In this document: one piece after another, positions 10,392-20,692 of the stretch
How positions within the stretch are numbered: position 1 is the first letter of the stretch
Layout: each line of letters opens with the position of its first letter
Source: TPA_inf: Saccharomyces
Lineage: Eukaryota
Assembly: GCA_000146045.2 (NCBI GenBank)
Contig: BK006941.2
Coordinates: forward strand, 576,001-640,000
DNA: 64,000 bases
Direction: 5' to 3'
Position numbers and translations under genes: made by a program
Notes under the pieces: generated by a model
The model's input: the letters and a program-made list of their open reading frames with translations, nothing else
Told to the model about the DNA's origin: nothing
Databases searched by the model: none

Positions 10392-13300
10392 TCAAATACT
10401 TAAATACTTCTCCATGAGGTGGTCGGCCAACTCAACATTTCCGCTTTGCTGATATATTATAATACTGTTATAGGCAGCATGTTTTTTCAACTTTCCATCA
10501 TCGTAGTTTTCTAGAACTCTATTATAGTACTCAATTGCAATCGATACCAGACCGATTAAATGGAAAGCACGCCCTAAGTTGTAGTCTGCCTCTTGCTTTT
10601 CCAAATCCGTATATAGGCTTTTCCTTATTTTATGATAACGATATAGATAACGTAATCCATGAAAAATTTGAAAATGCCTTTGTGCTGTTAGTCTCTGCAT
10701 AGCACGATGAATATGTGACAGACCCATTAAAAGATTGACCATCGGGTCATCTGGGATATCCTCTTCCAACCTAGTTAAATACTGTAGGGCTGAAAGAAAG
10801 CCCCTACTGGAATAGAGAAGAACAGCATAGATATAGTACAAATATGGCGACGACTTTTTATTAGGGTTGTACACCTCTTTGTTCGTAATTGAAGCTTGCC
10901 CATTTACCTCGGTATTATATCTACAACTGTCAAAAGCTTTCAGTTGTCTTAAGAAAAATTTTTGTTGAATGGTAGAGCTCAAAATATTCAGAGAAGAGGG
11001 TCCTCGACATAGGGAATACATAAATACCTGCAAAACTTTTCTATTAAATTGAAATTGATTTAGTAAACCTCTTAAATTTTCGGCCAATTCCTCTTCATCA
11101 TCCATTTGAAGAACAATAGCTAGTTTCACAAATTTCATCATCTTAACCCTCTCTGGATCCTGGAAGAACACGTTTACTTCCTGGGCTGTTTCCACAACAC
11201 TCAGGCCGTCTTCAACACTTTGATATTTTGCGATTACTAAAGAAAGTTCCATAAATAACTCAAACCACTGCTCATACGACAATCCTCTCAATTCTGTGGC
11301 AGAAGTTAAGGTTACTCTTTCCTCCATTAGCGGCCCTTCAAACACACTATCTCCTTCAGCTAACTTAGATAACCTTTCAATTTGGAAATCAAGCTCGGTG
11401 TTAAACTTTTTAGTTCTCCTTAGTATTCCAACGAATTTCCTGGATCGACTTTTCATAAAAAAGTTCTTAACGCTCGAAAATATATCAACTAATTCAGAAA
11501 CTGTATTGATCCATATAGATGCCTGTTTGGCTTCATTGAGACCTGAATTTAGTTCAAATTTTTTCATCTTTTCGTATTTATCAACGACTTTTGCCGTTAT
11601 TCTTCTTTCCCTTTCTATTCTCTCTCTTTCTGCATCATAAGGTGTACGTTTCTTTTTCCTGAAAGTTCTAAATTTACTATCCTCCAGCAGCGGTTTACTA
11701 GAAATATCCGAAGTATCGTTAGAACTTTTCTCGTTAGAAATCCTGTGCAGTGTTTCATCAACCTGGTGTTTCCTCATTTCTACAACGTCAACTAACATAT
11801 GTTTAAAAGTCTCTGGATCATTTAAGCGATAGTAAACTTCTGCCAAAGATACACGAATATCTAAATCATCTGGTTCAGATTTTATAGCTAGTTCATAAAA
11901 CTCTTTAGCCGTTTCATAACTTTCGATTTCCTTGTAGCATCTTGCTAGTGGTTTGAAGACGTCAGTGGTACGCCATTCCTCAAGGGATAACAACGGCGTA
12001 AAGAAATCGATAGCCTCTTTATACTTTTCAGCCCTTGTTAAAGCAGTTGCAGCCTCAAAATATAAATCCGCAACGTCACTGAAAGTCTCATCATACAGGC
12101 ATTGAAAATGATTCAGAGCTTCAACAAGGTTATCTGTGTTCAATCTTAACAATCCCAATCTAACTCTAATATCGATTGGAATGTTATACGATTTTTCCTT
12201 TTCTGCGGCAAGTAGTGAATCAAAGGTACTGTTTTTAAACCTTCTATTGTCAAATTCTGAATCATCTGGAACATGATCCCAAAATGTCTGGCTTTCGCGG
12301 CGTTGAATCCACCGTGCACATTTTTTAATTGTCTTTATACCATCGACCTCACTAACTGCGAGTTTTAAGAAAAGTTCCGCGAGAATGTTCAAAGAAGACC
12401 AGTCAAATGGTATGCATTTATATTTTGCATCAATTTTTTTCCAGTTGATGTCAGGAAACATCTGCCTATCTTCATCTTGTTCAAGGGGTTCCTTTTCGTC
12501 TGCATCCTCCCCTTCTGCGGCGCTTTCTTCGTCTGAAGAATCTAAGGCATTTTCTAAAGCAGCTAATATCGCTTCCCTTCTCTCAACATTAGCATTAAAC
12601 ACTTTCATATAGAGCTCAATTGAATCTTCAATCCGATCATAATCAACATAAAGAATGGCCAACTCCCTCAATATGTTTGCATCATAAGGATTGTACATGT
12701 AAAGCCTTTGAAATCCATCTAAAGCTCTTGCTAACTGTCCTGTCTTCTTGTACAACATAGACCGGCGATAAATTGATTCCCATTCCATAGGATTCAAACT
12801 TATTACCCTGGAAAAGCAGTAGATGGCCTGCCTAACATGATCTAAATCGGCGGACAGTATAGCGACTATCTTCCAGAATTCCCAATCGGAAGCATTTAGG
12901 TGAGCTGCCAGGAACCAAGAGTTACAACAATCATTAAGCCTTCCTTGCAATTGATATATATCTCCTAGGGTCTCGTAAGCAGCAAAATTACGTGCATCTT
13001 TTTTAATTACCTCATTAAATAATCTTTCGGCCACTTGTAAATCATTCCTGACAAAAGCTTCATTGGCTTGAGAAAGTAATTGCGCTACCTCTGGATCAAG
13101 CACTCTTTCTTTTCTTTGGCGGCCGTAAGATTTACCTTTGTCATTTTTCTTCTTCTTTTTTACCTTAAAGTTACTTGCTTCCCTAATCGCGTTCATGAAA
13201 TCTTCCTCATCGTCTTCAGATATTTCACCGTAGTCCGAGAATTCTGCCAACAAAGAACTGTCTCGTTCGGAATTATATTCATCTTCGCTTAATTGTAGAT

Positions 13301-13469
13301 CATGAGGTACATCCTCGTCATCATATTCCTCATCTTGAATCAAATGCTTATAGTCATCAATATTTCCGTATAGATGCTCTTCATCCTCATCGTTAACTTT
13401 ACCCGTATCAGCGCTTTCTCGTTCAGCTGATTGATTTTGCTGTTCCTTTTTCAATTTTCCTGCTGCCAT
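10392..13469 (-). CDS. TFC4: Tfc4 (tau131), TPR-repeat subunit of RNA polymerase III factor TFIIIC (1025 aa)
   Basis: 1025/1026-aa ORF with an acidic N-terminus and multiple TPR-like repeats. Position matches YGR047C. Confidence 0.9.
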   Translation of the reverse strand: MAAGKLKKEQQNQSAERESADTGKVNDEDEEHLYGNIDDYKHLIQDEEYDDEDVPHDLQLSEDEYNSERDSSLLAEFSDYGEISEDDEEDFMNAIREASNFKVKKKKKNDKGKSYGRQRKERVLDPEVAQLLSQANEAFVRNDLQVAERLFNEVIKKDARNFAAYETLGDIYQLQGRLNDCCNSWFLAAHLNASDWEFWKIVAILSADLDHVRQAIYCFSRVISLNPMEWESIYRRSMLYKKTGQLARALDGFQRLYMYNPYDANILRELAILYVDYDRIEDSIELYMKVFNANVERREAILAALENALDSSDEESAAEGEDADEKEPLEQDEDRQMFPDINWKKIDAKYKCIPFDWSSLNILAELFLKLAVSEVDGIKTIKKCARWIQRRESQTFWDHVPDDSEFDNRRFKNSTFDSLLAAEKEKSYNIPIDIRVRLGLLRLNTDNLVEALNHFQCLYDETFSDVADLYFEAATALTRAEKYKEAIDFFTPLLSLEEWRTTDVFKPLARCYKEIESYETAKEFYELAIKSEPDDLDIRVSLAEVYYRLNDPETFKHMLVDVVEMRKHQVDETLHRISNEKSSNDTSDISSKPLLEDSKFRTFRKKKRTPYDAERERIERERRITAKVVDKYEKMKKFELNSGLNEAKQASIWINTVSELVDIFSSVKNFFMKSRSRKFVGILRRTKKFNTELDFQIERLSKLAEGDSVFEGPLMEERVTLTSATELRGLSYEQWFELFMELSLVIAKYQSVEDGLSVVETAQEVNVFFQDPERVKMMKFVKLAIVLQMDDEEELAENLRGLLNQFQFNRKVLQVFMYSLCRGPSSLNILSSTIQQKFFLRQLKAFDSCRYNTEVNGQASITNKEVYNPNKKSSPYLYYIYAVLLYSSRGFLSALQYLTRLEEDIPDDPMVNLLMGLSHIHRAMQRLTAQRHFQIFHGLRYLYRYHKIRKSLYTDLEKQEADYNLGRAFHLIGLVSIAIEYYNRVLENYDDGKLKKHAAYNSIIIYQQSGNVELADHLMEKYLSI

Positions 13470-13677
13470 CACAGATACACTTGAGGGTTTCTTTCTCTAG
13501 CTTCAGATTCATTGTTGACTGGTGTTATTATACACAGTGCGCTGCCATTATTATCGTTCTTCTATTTCTAGCCGAAGCGCCTTAAAAAAAAAAAGTGTCC
13601 ACTTTGGGAAACTCGCCTTTACGACGAAAAAGTCAAACTTGCGTTCTACGAAAGAGAAGAATTCCTTTTTTGGGTTA

Positions 13678-13687
13678 GGTGGCGAAA
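13678..13687 (+). promoter_or_regulatory. PACE-like Rpn4 site GGTGGCGAAA in the TFC4-UFD1 divergent promoter, about 140 bp upstream of UFD1
   Basis: One mismatch to the GGTGGCAAA consensus. UFD1 belongs to the ubiquitin-proteasome regulon. Confidence 0.4.
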
Positions 13688-13825
13688 AATAAAGGTAGTT
13701 AAAAGTAATCCTGGCTGGTCTATGTGAATAGGGAAGAGATAATGATGTAGTTTTCAATAGATAGTAACACATACCATAGCAAGGGAGGAAAAAATATCAA
13801 AGTGATACTGTAAAATATAATAAAA

Positions 13826-14911
13826 ATGTTTTCTGGCTTTAGTTCTTTTGGCGGCGGAAATGGTTTTGTAAATATGCCTCAAACGTTTGAGGAGTTCTTT
13901 AGATGCTACCCTATAGCTATGATGAATGATAGAATACGGAAGGATGACGCAAACTTCGGCGGGAAAATATTCCTGCCACCAAGTGCTCTAAGCAAACTAT
14001 CCATGTTGAACATAAGATACCCCATGCTTTTTAAACTAACTGCCAATGAAACTGGACGTGTGACACATGGAGGTGTTTTAGAATTTATTGCTGAAGAGGG
14101 CAGAGTTTACTTACCACAATGGATGATGGAAACTTTGGGTATACAGCCAGGATCTCTACTGCAAATTTCATCTACTGATGTACCTCTGGGCCAGTTTGTG
14201 AAGTTAGAACCTCAGTCTGTAGATTTCTTGGATATTTCCGACCCCAAAGCAGTTTTGGAAAACGTACTGAGGAATTTCTCGACTTTGACCGTGGACGATG
14301 TTATTGAGATTAGTTACAATGGTAAAACTTTCAAAATTAAGATCTTAGAAGTCAAACCAGAATCATCATCGAAGAGTATATGTGTCATTGAAACAGATTT
14401 AGTAACAGATTTTGCTCCACCTGTAGGATATGTGGAACCGGATTACAAAGCGCTGAAAGCTCAGCAAGATAAAGAAAAAAAGAATTCTTTTGGTAAGGGC
14501 CAAGTTTTGGATCCCTCGGTGCTTGGCCAGGGATCGATGTCCACAAGAATCGACTATGCGGGTATCGCTAACAGTAGCAGAAACAAACTATCTAAATTTG
14601 TAGGTCAGGGACAAAACATATCTGGTAAAGCTCCGAAAGCGGAGCCCAAGCAAGATATAAAAGATATGAAGATAACGTTTGATGGCGAGCCCGCCAAGCT
14701 AGATCTGCCTGAAGGCCAATTATTCTTTGGTTTCCCAATGGTCCTACCGAAAGAAGACGAAGAAAGTGCCGCTGGTAGCAAATCCAGTGAACAAAATTTC
14801 CAAGGCCAAGGGATCTCACTAAGGAAGAGCAATAAGAGAAAAACGAAAAGTGACCATGATTCGTCCAAGTCCAAGGCTCCCAAAAGCCCGGAAGTAATCG
14901 AAATTGACTAA
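13826..14911 (+). CDS. UFD1: Ufd1, Cdc48 cofactor in ubiquitin fusion degradation (361 aa)
   Basis: 361-aa ORF with the conserved UFD1 N-domain (…RCYPIAMMNDRIRKDDANFGGKIFLPPSAL…). Confidence 0.92.
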   Translation: MFSGFSSFGGGNGFVNMPQTFEEFFRCYPIAMMNDRIRKDDANFGGKIFLPPSALSKLSMLNIRYPMLFKLTANETGRVTHGGVLEFIAEEGRVYLPQWMMETLGIQPGSLLQISSTDVPLGQFVKLEPQSVDFLDISDPKAVLENVLRNFSTLTVDDVIEISYNGKTFKIKILEVKPESSSKSICVIETDLVTDFAPPVGYVEPDYKALKAQQDKEKKNSFGKGQVLDPSVLGQGSMSTRIDYAGIANSSRNKLSKFVGQGQNISGKAPKAEPKQDIKDMKITFDGEPAKLDLPEGQLFFGFPMVLPKEDEESAAGSKSSEQNFQGQGISLRKSNKRKTKSDHDSSKSKAPKSPEVIEID

Positions 14912-15313
14912 AAGATATATACTAGTATACAACAATATAGTGTCTTTGACAGATATATAGAGCATTTTCAAGTTAACAGATCTTAGAATCCAAGTATCTT
15001 ATGCATCGCATTAGCTCTGCTGCATTTGCTGTTCGTTTAGTAAAAATAATTACGTGCGCGGTTGCGCGATATTTCCCTTGCTTAATGCCGAAGTAATTCT
15101 CTTCGTTTACCCATACTCGAATCTATTGTGTTGTTGAAAAATAAAAAAAAAAAGAACCAGGTTATATAATTGTGAGTTGATCAGTATATAAATGAGAGAA
15201 AAGAAGTTTCTATTGTTCCAAATTATATCCAAGCTGATTTTTTAACCCTTACCTCACGAAAAGCAAGTTTAAGACAAACACTCATAAGAATCCTTACATA
15301 TACTAAAAAACAA

Positions 15314-15877
15314 ATGCAAGTCTCCCCAGCTATTGTAAAAGGTATCGCAGTCTCATCATTAGGTTTATACGCCGGTATTTTAACTTCATCTACCGTGATT
15401 TCTATTACCACCCCAATAAATGTTCTAACTCAACATTTGAAGAATGTTTTGTGCACATTAGGATGCTGGAGCACCGTTTTAGGTGGTTTAGCTACTGGTG
15501 CCTTTGGACTCAGCTACTATCTAGCTGCACCAGGAGAAAGACCAAACTACCTTTTGTGCGGACTTGGTGTCGCCCCATTATCTGCAGCCTACCTATACTT
15601 AGTATCACTGTTCAATCACAAGCTAGCCCCAAAATGCACACGTGACCAAAATGATTTAGAAAAGCAAAAGGATGAAAAATTACCCCAACATCACCCGGAA
15701 GTCAAAGATGGGGAAGCTGCATGCCCATTCTCAAAGATGAACAACGCCAAAACATTAAAACCTGAATCCGAAAGAAGCGTAAAATGTCACTCATACATGT
15801 CATTGCACATGAGCATTGTAACCGGTATAACAATTTTTACCTTTGGTAAGTGTATCCTAGATGGATTCAAAGCATGA
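15314..15877 (+). CDS. SCM4: Scm4, mitochondrial outer-membrane protein (187 aa)
   Basis: 187-aa ORF with predicted TM segments. Position matches YGR049W. Confidence 0.8.
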   Translation: MQVSPAIVKGIAVSSLGLYAGILTSSTVISITTPINVLTQHLKNVLCTLGCWSTVLGGLATGAFGLSYYLAAPGERPNYLLCGLGVAPLSAAYLYLVSLFNHKLAPKCTRDQNDLEKQKDEKLPQHHPEVKDGEAACPFSKMNNAKTLKPESERSVKCHSYMSLHMSIVTGITIFTFGKCILDGFKA

Positions 15878-16085
15878 ACGACGAAGCACGTGACACGTTC
15901 CCTTCAAACATCACAATTATTTAAGCGAGACTAATATATATGTTTAGCGAAAAAAAAGGCCAAAAAAACTAGTAAATATACAAAGCAGAGTATTTTTGGC
16001 TCTTGTCCACATTGGATAAGAGAATATTTATTTTTCACACAGAAAAAAAAGTTATATACGTATCTCTAAGAAAGTCAAAGACAAA

Positions 16086-16442
16086 TTACGTAGAATGTGA
16101 TTCATTCCCATTTCGCCCGTACACTCTCTGTCTCTGTCTCTGTCCCAAACTTCCCTTCCTATACGTATTCATAATCTGCTTAAACGTCAACAGTAGTTTC
16201 GGAACATCTTCATACGTAGGGAATACGACTTTTTTCTTTTCACCTGCAGCTTGAGCCAAACTAAAACTGGGATCCGGATAAACTATTAATAAAGGATCGC
16301 AAAGTCCATACGCCAGTTTAATGGGAATGAAATGATATTGCGAAGTGACGTCAAGAATCGACTTTAAGCTATATCCGAAGTCAAGAAAGCCGAACCTTAC
16401 ATGCGGTCGGAAAGCAAACGAGGAGATTAGATTGGTTTTCAT
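16086..16442 (-). CDS. YGR050C: Dubious 118-aa ORF, probably non-coding
   Basis: Length and strand match the dubious ORF annotated between SCM4 and FMP48. No coding features. Confidence 0.3.
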
Positions 16443-16591
16443 ATCCGCTAAATTTTCTTTTGATTTTACTTTGGCTTAATCTAATGCATGTATATCGGAA
16501 GAAGCAACCGATCTGGCCCAGTTGAGTCGTGCTACCTTAGTCATGCCCAGGAAAACCGGATTCCTTCTTTTCATTATGACATCCGTTTAGG

Positions 16592-16912
16592 TCAATAGGC
16601 TTTTTTTTCTCTCGCCCGTGCCTCTCCGTGTTCGATGAATGTGCAGCTTGCCTCCGAGCGGGCGAGCCACCTCGAGCGGGTGACGAAATAGTGGAAAAGA
16701 AACGGGGAAGCAAAACTGTGCTGTTCTGGCCCGCAGCGGACGAACGTCATTAAAGGCGCTCCATTTCTGTCGTGAGGGTCTTTCGGTGCGGTGGTGAGGC
16801 TGCGTAAACAAGCTTGCTCTTCATACCCCTCCCGTGGAGCTAGTTCGGAAGGACTATTGGCGCATCTTCTGTTGAGAGGTTCCGTAATTCTCCGTAACGT
16901 CCCGTTCACCAC
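16592..16912 (-). CDS. YGR051C: Dubious ~106-aa ORF lying inside a GC-rich island, probably non-coding
   Basis: Arg/Pro-rich translation typical of a GC-rich non-coding frame. Overlapped by several other short ORFs on both strands. Confidence 0.25.
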   Translation of the reverse strand: MVNGTLRRITEPLNRRCANSPSELAPREGYEEQACLRSLTTAPKDPHDRNGAPLMTFVRCGPEQHSFASPFLFHYFVTRSRWLARSEASCTFIEHGEARAREKKAY

Positions 16913-17362
16913 TTTGCATGTGCTCTCACGTACGGCCGTCTCTTTTCGGCCTTCGGCCCGTTCCGATTTTTGTACCCCTTACGTGCTTTGAATTCTAGAA
17001 GGCATCTCCTCTCCGATGGCTTGGTACAGGGAGCACTAGGGAAATTGCACATGGAAGTATCTGGAATACAAAGTTTTTGAAAAGAAAAGCCGAGCGTAAT
17101 ATTGGGACAATACCCAGTTCTCAGCCTTTTCAGCGCGGGTATGAGACAGCTTGCAACAGGTAAAAGGAAGTTAGAAGGGTTAGGTGAAGGGAACGATGAT
17201 GCTGCCTGAGAACAAAAATGCAGCTTCATGTTACATACAATAAAGGAAGGATAATTAAGGGGACCATGCAATAAGGGACAACTTAATTTTGGAAAAATCG
17301 GAGCTTAGTTGCATCTACCTACTAATACTTTCCCCAAAGAATAATAATACGAGTACAATACA

Positions 17363-17380
17363 TATATATATATATATATA
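17363..17380. repeat. (TA)9 dinucleotide microsatellite upstream of FMP48
   Basis: catatatatatatatatata. Confidence 0.9.
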
Positions 17381-17595
17381 ATATACACATGTAAGTGATG
17401 ACTATTCTTAATACAAAAAAATTTCCCTTTTATAATAACTATTCTTAGCATTAAATAACCCGTTACTGACAAAAAGCATATAACATAGGACTCAAGATCG
17501 ACTCTCATACCCTCCGAATCAAATTCTCACTCGTATACGCAATCATTTAAATAAGCACATCATTATCAGCATATACCGAATAATAAAAAGCAAAA

Positions 17596-18705
17596 ATGTA
17601 TACAAAACTAAGATCTATACAATCAGGAACATTTAGCACAGTTTATAAAGCATGGAGTACTACACATAACCGCTACGTCGCTTTAAAGATTACTCCTAAA
17701 TACAAAACTTCAGAAGCCAACATGAAGAACGAGTATGATGTAATGAAGATTTTGAGTTCTTGTAATCCTCACCCCAACATCTGTTCGATGCTCGACTTTT
17801 ACACGGATGACTCGTACTACATCATGGTGCTAGAATACTGCGAATGTGGTGATCTTTATGACTTTCTAGATATTGCTAAGAGTCAAGGTAGCCCGTCGTC
17901 TCCATCTTTGATTCAAATTGATATGCAAAAGATAATCAAACAACTGTGCTCAGCAATCAGCTTTGCTCACAGCTTGGGTATTGCTCATCGTGATATCAAA
18001 CCAGAAAATATTTTGCTAACGATAAATGGTGACATCAAGTTGGCAGACTGGGGTCACGCTATCCAATCCCCTAAATCTAACGACTTCCAGATTGGTACCG
18101 ATAATTACAGGGCGCCAGAAACTTTCTCTGGCCGCGTTAGTAACTCTTGTTTTAAGAAGAATTTCGATCGGTCATCGGCTCCATTGTATAACACATACCA
18201 AGCTGACTATTGGTCATTGGGTGCCACCATATTTTATCTGATGTTCGGCGATTGCCTTTTTAGAGTCTCCAAATCAAAGAAGGTTCAGCATCTAAAAAAT
18301 TTCGATGAGTTTGAAAAAGATCCATTTGCATTCATTTACAGGAAATACGTAGTACCAAGGCTCTCCTGTGGTTACAATGATGAAGAAGACCTACACGTTA
18401 GCCTGCAGCATACGAGGCAGTACATATGGCAAGATCTACCCGACATTTATGATGTCTTCCATTTGTGCAAGATTATGGTTGATACCTTATTAAAGGTATC
18501 GAACGCTAAAGAGAGGTCGATGGAGAATTTCATCAATGAAGTTGATTCTGCATGGAACAAAGATAGCTCGATGGACAGCTGCTTCTCGTACCAAAATAAG
18601 ATTGATCTGTTTTGGGAACAGTGGTCTGTGAACACGGAAACAGTACCAGCAAAGTTCCAATTGAAAAATTTTGAGAAACCTTGCCTAATTCAAGATGGAA
18701 AATAA
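17596..18705 (+). CDS. FMP48: Fmp48, putative Ser/Thr protein kinase (369 aa)
   Basis: Kinase motifs seen: glycine-loop region, VALK, HRDIKPENIL, DWG and APE. Position matches YGR052W. Confidence 0.88.
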   Translation: MYTKLRSIQSGTFSTVYKAWSTTHNRYVALKITPKYKTSEANMKNEYDVMKILSSCNPHPNICSMLDFYTDDSYYIMVLEYCECGDLYDFLDIAKSQGSPSSPSLIQIDMQKIIKQLCSAISFAHSLGIAHRDIKPENILLTINGDIKLADWGHAIQSPKSNDFQIGTDNYRAPETFSGRVSNSCFKKNFDRSSAPLYNTYQADYWSLGATIFYLMFGDCLFRVSKSKKVQHLKNFDEFEKDPFAFIYRKYVVPRLSCGYNDEEDLHVSLQHTRQYIWQDLPDIYDVFHLCKIMVDTLLKVSNAKERSMENFINEVDSAWNKDSSMDSCFSYQNKIDLFWEQWSVNTETVPAKFQLKNFEKPCLIQDGK

Positions 18706-18985
18706 GAAGTAAAAAAGACCTTTTGAAAGTTTCGCCTCATTTTCCTTGATCTGACTTTTTATCCCCTGCTTATCCAATTTTAGTTAGGAACTTTGGCATA
18801 ATTTCAGTATTACATACTACCTAATCGACATAAAATAATATTACATATTCATTTTTTTAAAAAATAATCATAATCAATTTATCCTTTTTATTCCTTTTTT
18901 CTCCTGTGCAAGGTTGATGGTGATGTTTATGATGGTGTGTTTATTATTTACAAATAAAGATGCTATCTAATTCTTGTATATCGTA

Positions 18986-19837
18986 TTAACATGCAAATGC
19001 ACCGCGAGTGGCAATTTTCTTCTCGTAATGGATCAGTTCAACATCTTCAATGGTATGAACCAGAATTTTCGAATTTTCTTCGTTAAATTCGAATATGAAT
19101 GTTCCCTTAATCAGCCGGGATAATCTCTTTTTTTTACTTCTTTTACCGTCGCCATCATTTTTCTTCTTCTCATCTTCTTTGGAATTTTGAGTTTCGTTGA
19201 CCTTATTTTCCATTGACCTTTCAGCTGCATTTTCAAGGTACTCAGAGATAACACTTTGGTTCAAATTATTGGCTGTAGGATGTAAAATGTAGTCTATGAC
19301 TGGTACCGACCTCATTGAAAATGAACCGCCTGCACCATTGCCTCGTTTCTCCTCTTTCAATCTGTCATTAATTTCTAATTTGGTAATCTTGCAATGGTCT
19401 TCCGGTATGCAGCTTTGCCATTTGATCACCAATTTGTCATTACATGTTATGGTATTATAACTCTGAAGAGCAGATTTAACTTCTTCATCATGCGATGTCG
19501 ATGTTAGAGTCTTTACTGAACTTATATGCAAGCGACATTCATCGCCCAAGATAAACTTTCGTACTATCATTCGCATTGCATTCAAAGAAGCCATGTATTT
19601 TGATTTTCCATGTAACACTGGAATATATGGATGCGATGTTGGAAATAGTCTAAAAACAACGTTATCCGCCAACACTGACTCCTTGAACATTTTTTGTAAC
19701 AAATTGGGAACACCTTTAACCACTAAATAATCTGTTATTTGCCCCAAATTGGCCACTTTTTGAGAATTGGAGTACCATCGAGGAAAGATTCCTTTGATAG
19801 ATATTATGCCGGCTCTGCAAACACACTTTAGTAACAT
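18986..19837 (-). CDS. YGR053C: Uncharacterized protein (283 aa)
   Basis: 283-aa ORF at the YGR053C position. Confidence 0.7.
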   Translation of the reverse strand: MLLKCVCRAGIISIKGIFPRWYSNSQKVANLGQITDYLVVKGVPNLLQKMFKESVLADNVVFRLFPTSHPYIPVLHGKSKYMASLNAMRMIVRKFILGDECRLHISSVKTLTSTSHDEEVKSALQSYNTITCNDKLVIKWQSCIPEDHCKITKLEINDRLKEEKRGNGAGGSFSMRSVPVIDYILHPTANNLNQSVISEYLENAAERSMENKVNETQNSKEDEKKKNDGDGKRSKKKRLSRLIKGTFIFEFNEENSKILVHTIEDVELIHYEKKIATRGAFAC

Positions 19838-20692
19838 AAGTCTTTCCCCCTATTATCTATGAATATAAACTGTCTATCTTTCCTTGGTTGTGATGTATCG
19901 TTTTCCGTAGAGGCTTGCAGCTTTATGGCTCATACCTGTCATCCCTCTTTATGGGCCTTTTAAGGGCGCTCTCTACATTGTATTCTATTCATTTTTTTCG
20001 TAACCGTAACTACGCGCCTTCTTAACGCAAGGCGCTCGACTCATCATGAGATGCGTATGAATGTCTTTCAGTGTATAGAAATACATCTCACCAAATCTAT
20101 TTATTTAACTAATATTTCTTTTAATATTTTCCTCAAGAAACTCAGGCAGTTAATGTTGTGTCCTATTTTTTTTAGTTCTTTCCCATTTTTATAGCACTCG
20201 TACAAAAGAAATCGAAATATTTCAATATGTTTAGACTCGGTTCTATGTGTTAAAACTGCAAGATGAAAAAGTAACATCTATCTTAGATTAAGGTCCTTTC
20301 TTTATATTCTTTACTTTATTAGTGAGCAGAAATATTATTAAAAATTGCCGCTGTCATACTGTACGATATTATTACCCGACCGCAGAATGTTCCTCAATAC
20401 TTTCTTTTTCTTCCTTTTTTTCACTTCGCTTTCTTCATGTCCATCAATGAAATTTCAGCTTCATAGCGATTTATTTTCAGTGTACGTTATTCAATGAAGA
20501 TTCCTTTTCCTCGATCTATCCAGACGACTAGACATAGCGAGAATTCTTTACGGTAGAAGCAACCTATAGATTACCGAATCATAACTTTCTTTAGTGTTGA
20601 TTGAGACGTGTTGTGTTTAAACTATCCATTGCATCTCGATAAAAAAACATAGTACTACAACAAACAGTCAGGTTCAATAACACCTAAACATT

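Noticed and set aside
16620-16700. B-box-like GTTCGATGA and A-box-like AAATAGTGG in the GC island, considered as a tRNA gene
   Set aside because: Wrong order and spacing for a tRNA, no cloverleaf and no acceptor-stem complementarity. Kept only as a weak Pol III/ETC-type hypothesis under the GC-island finding.
20655-20690. caggttcaataacacc just upstream of the YGR054W ATG resembles a tRNA B box (GGTTCGANTCC)
   Set aside because: It has A instead of G at the invariant position and ATAAC instead of NTCC, with no A box 30-60 nt upstream. It is not a tRNA.
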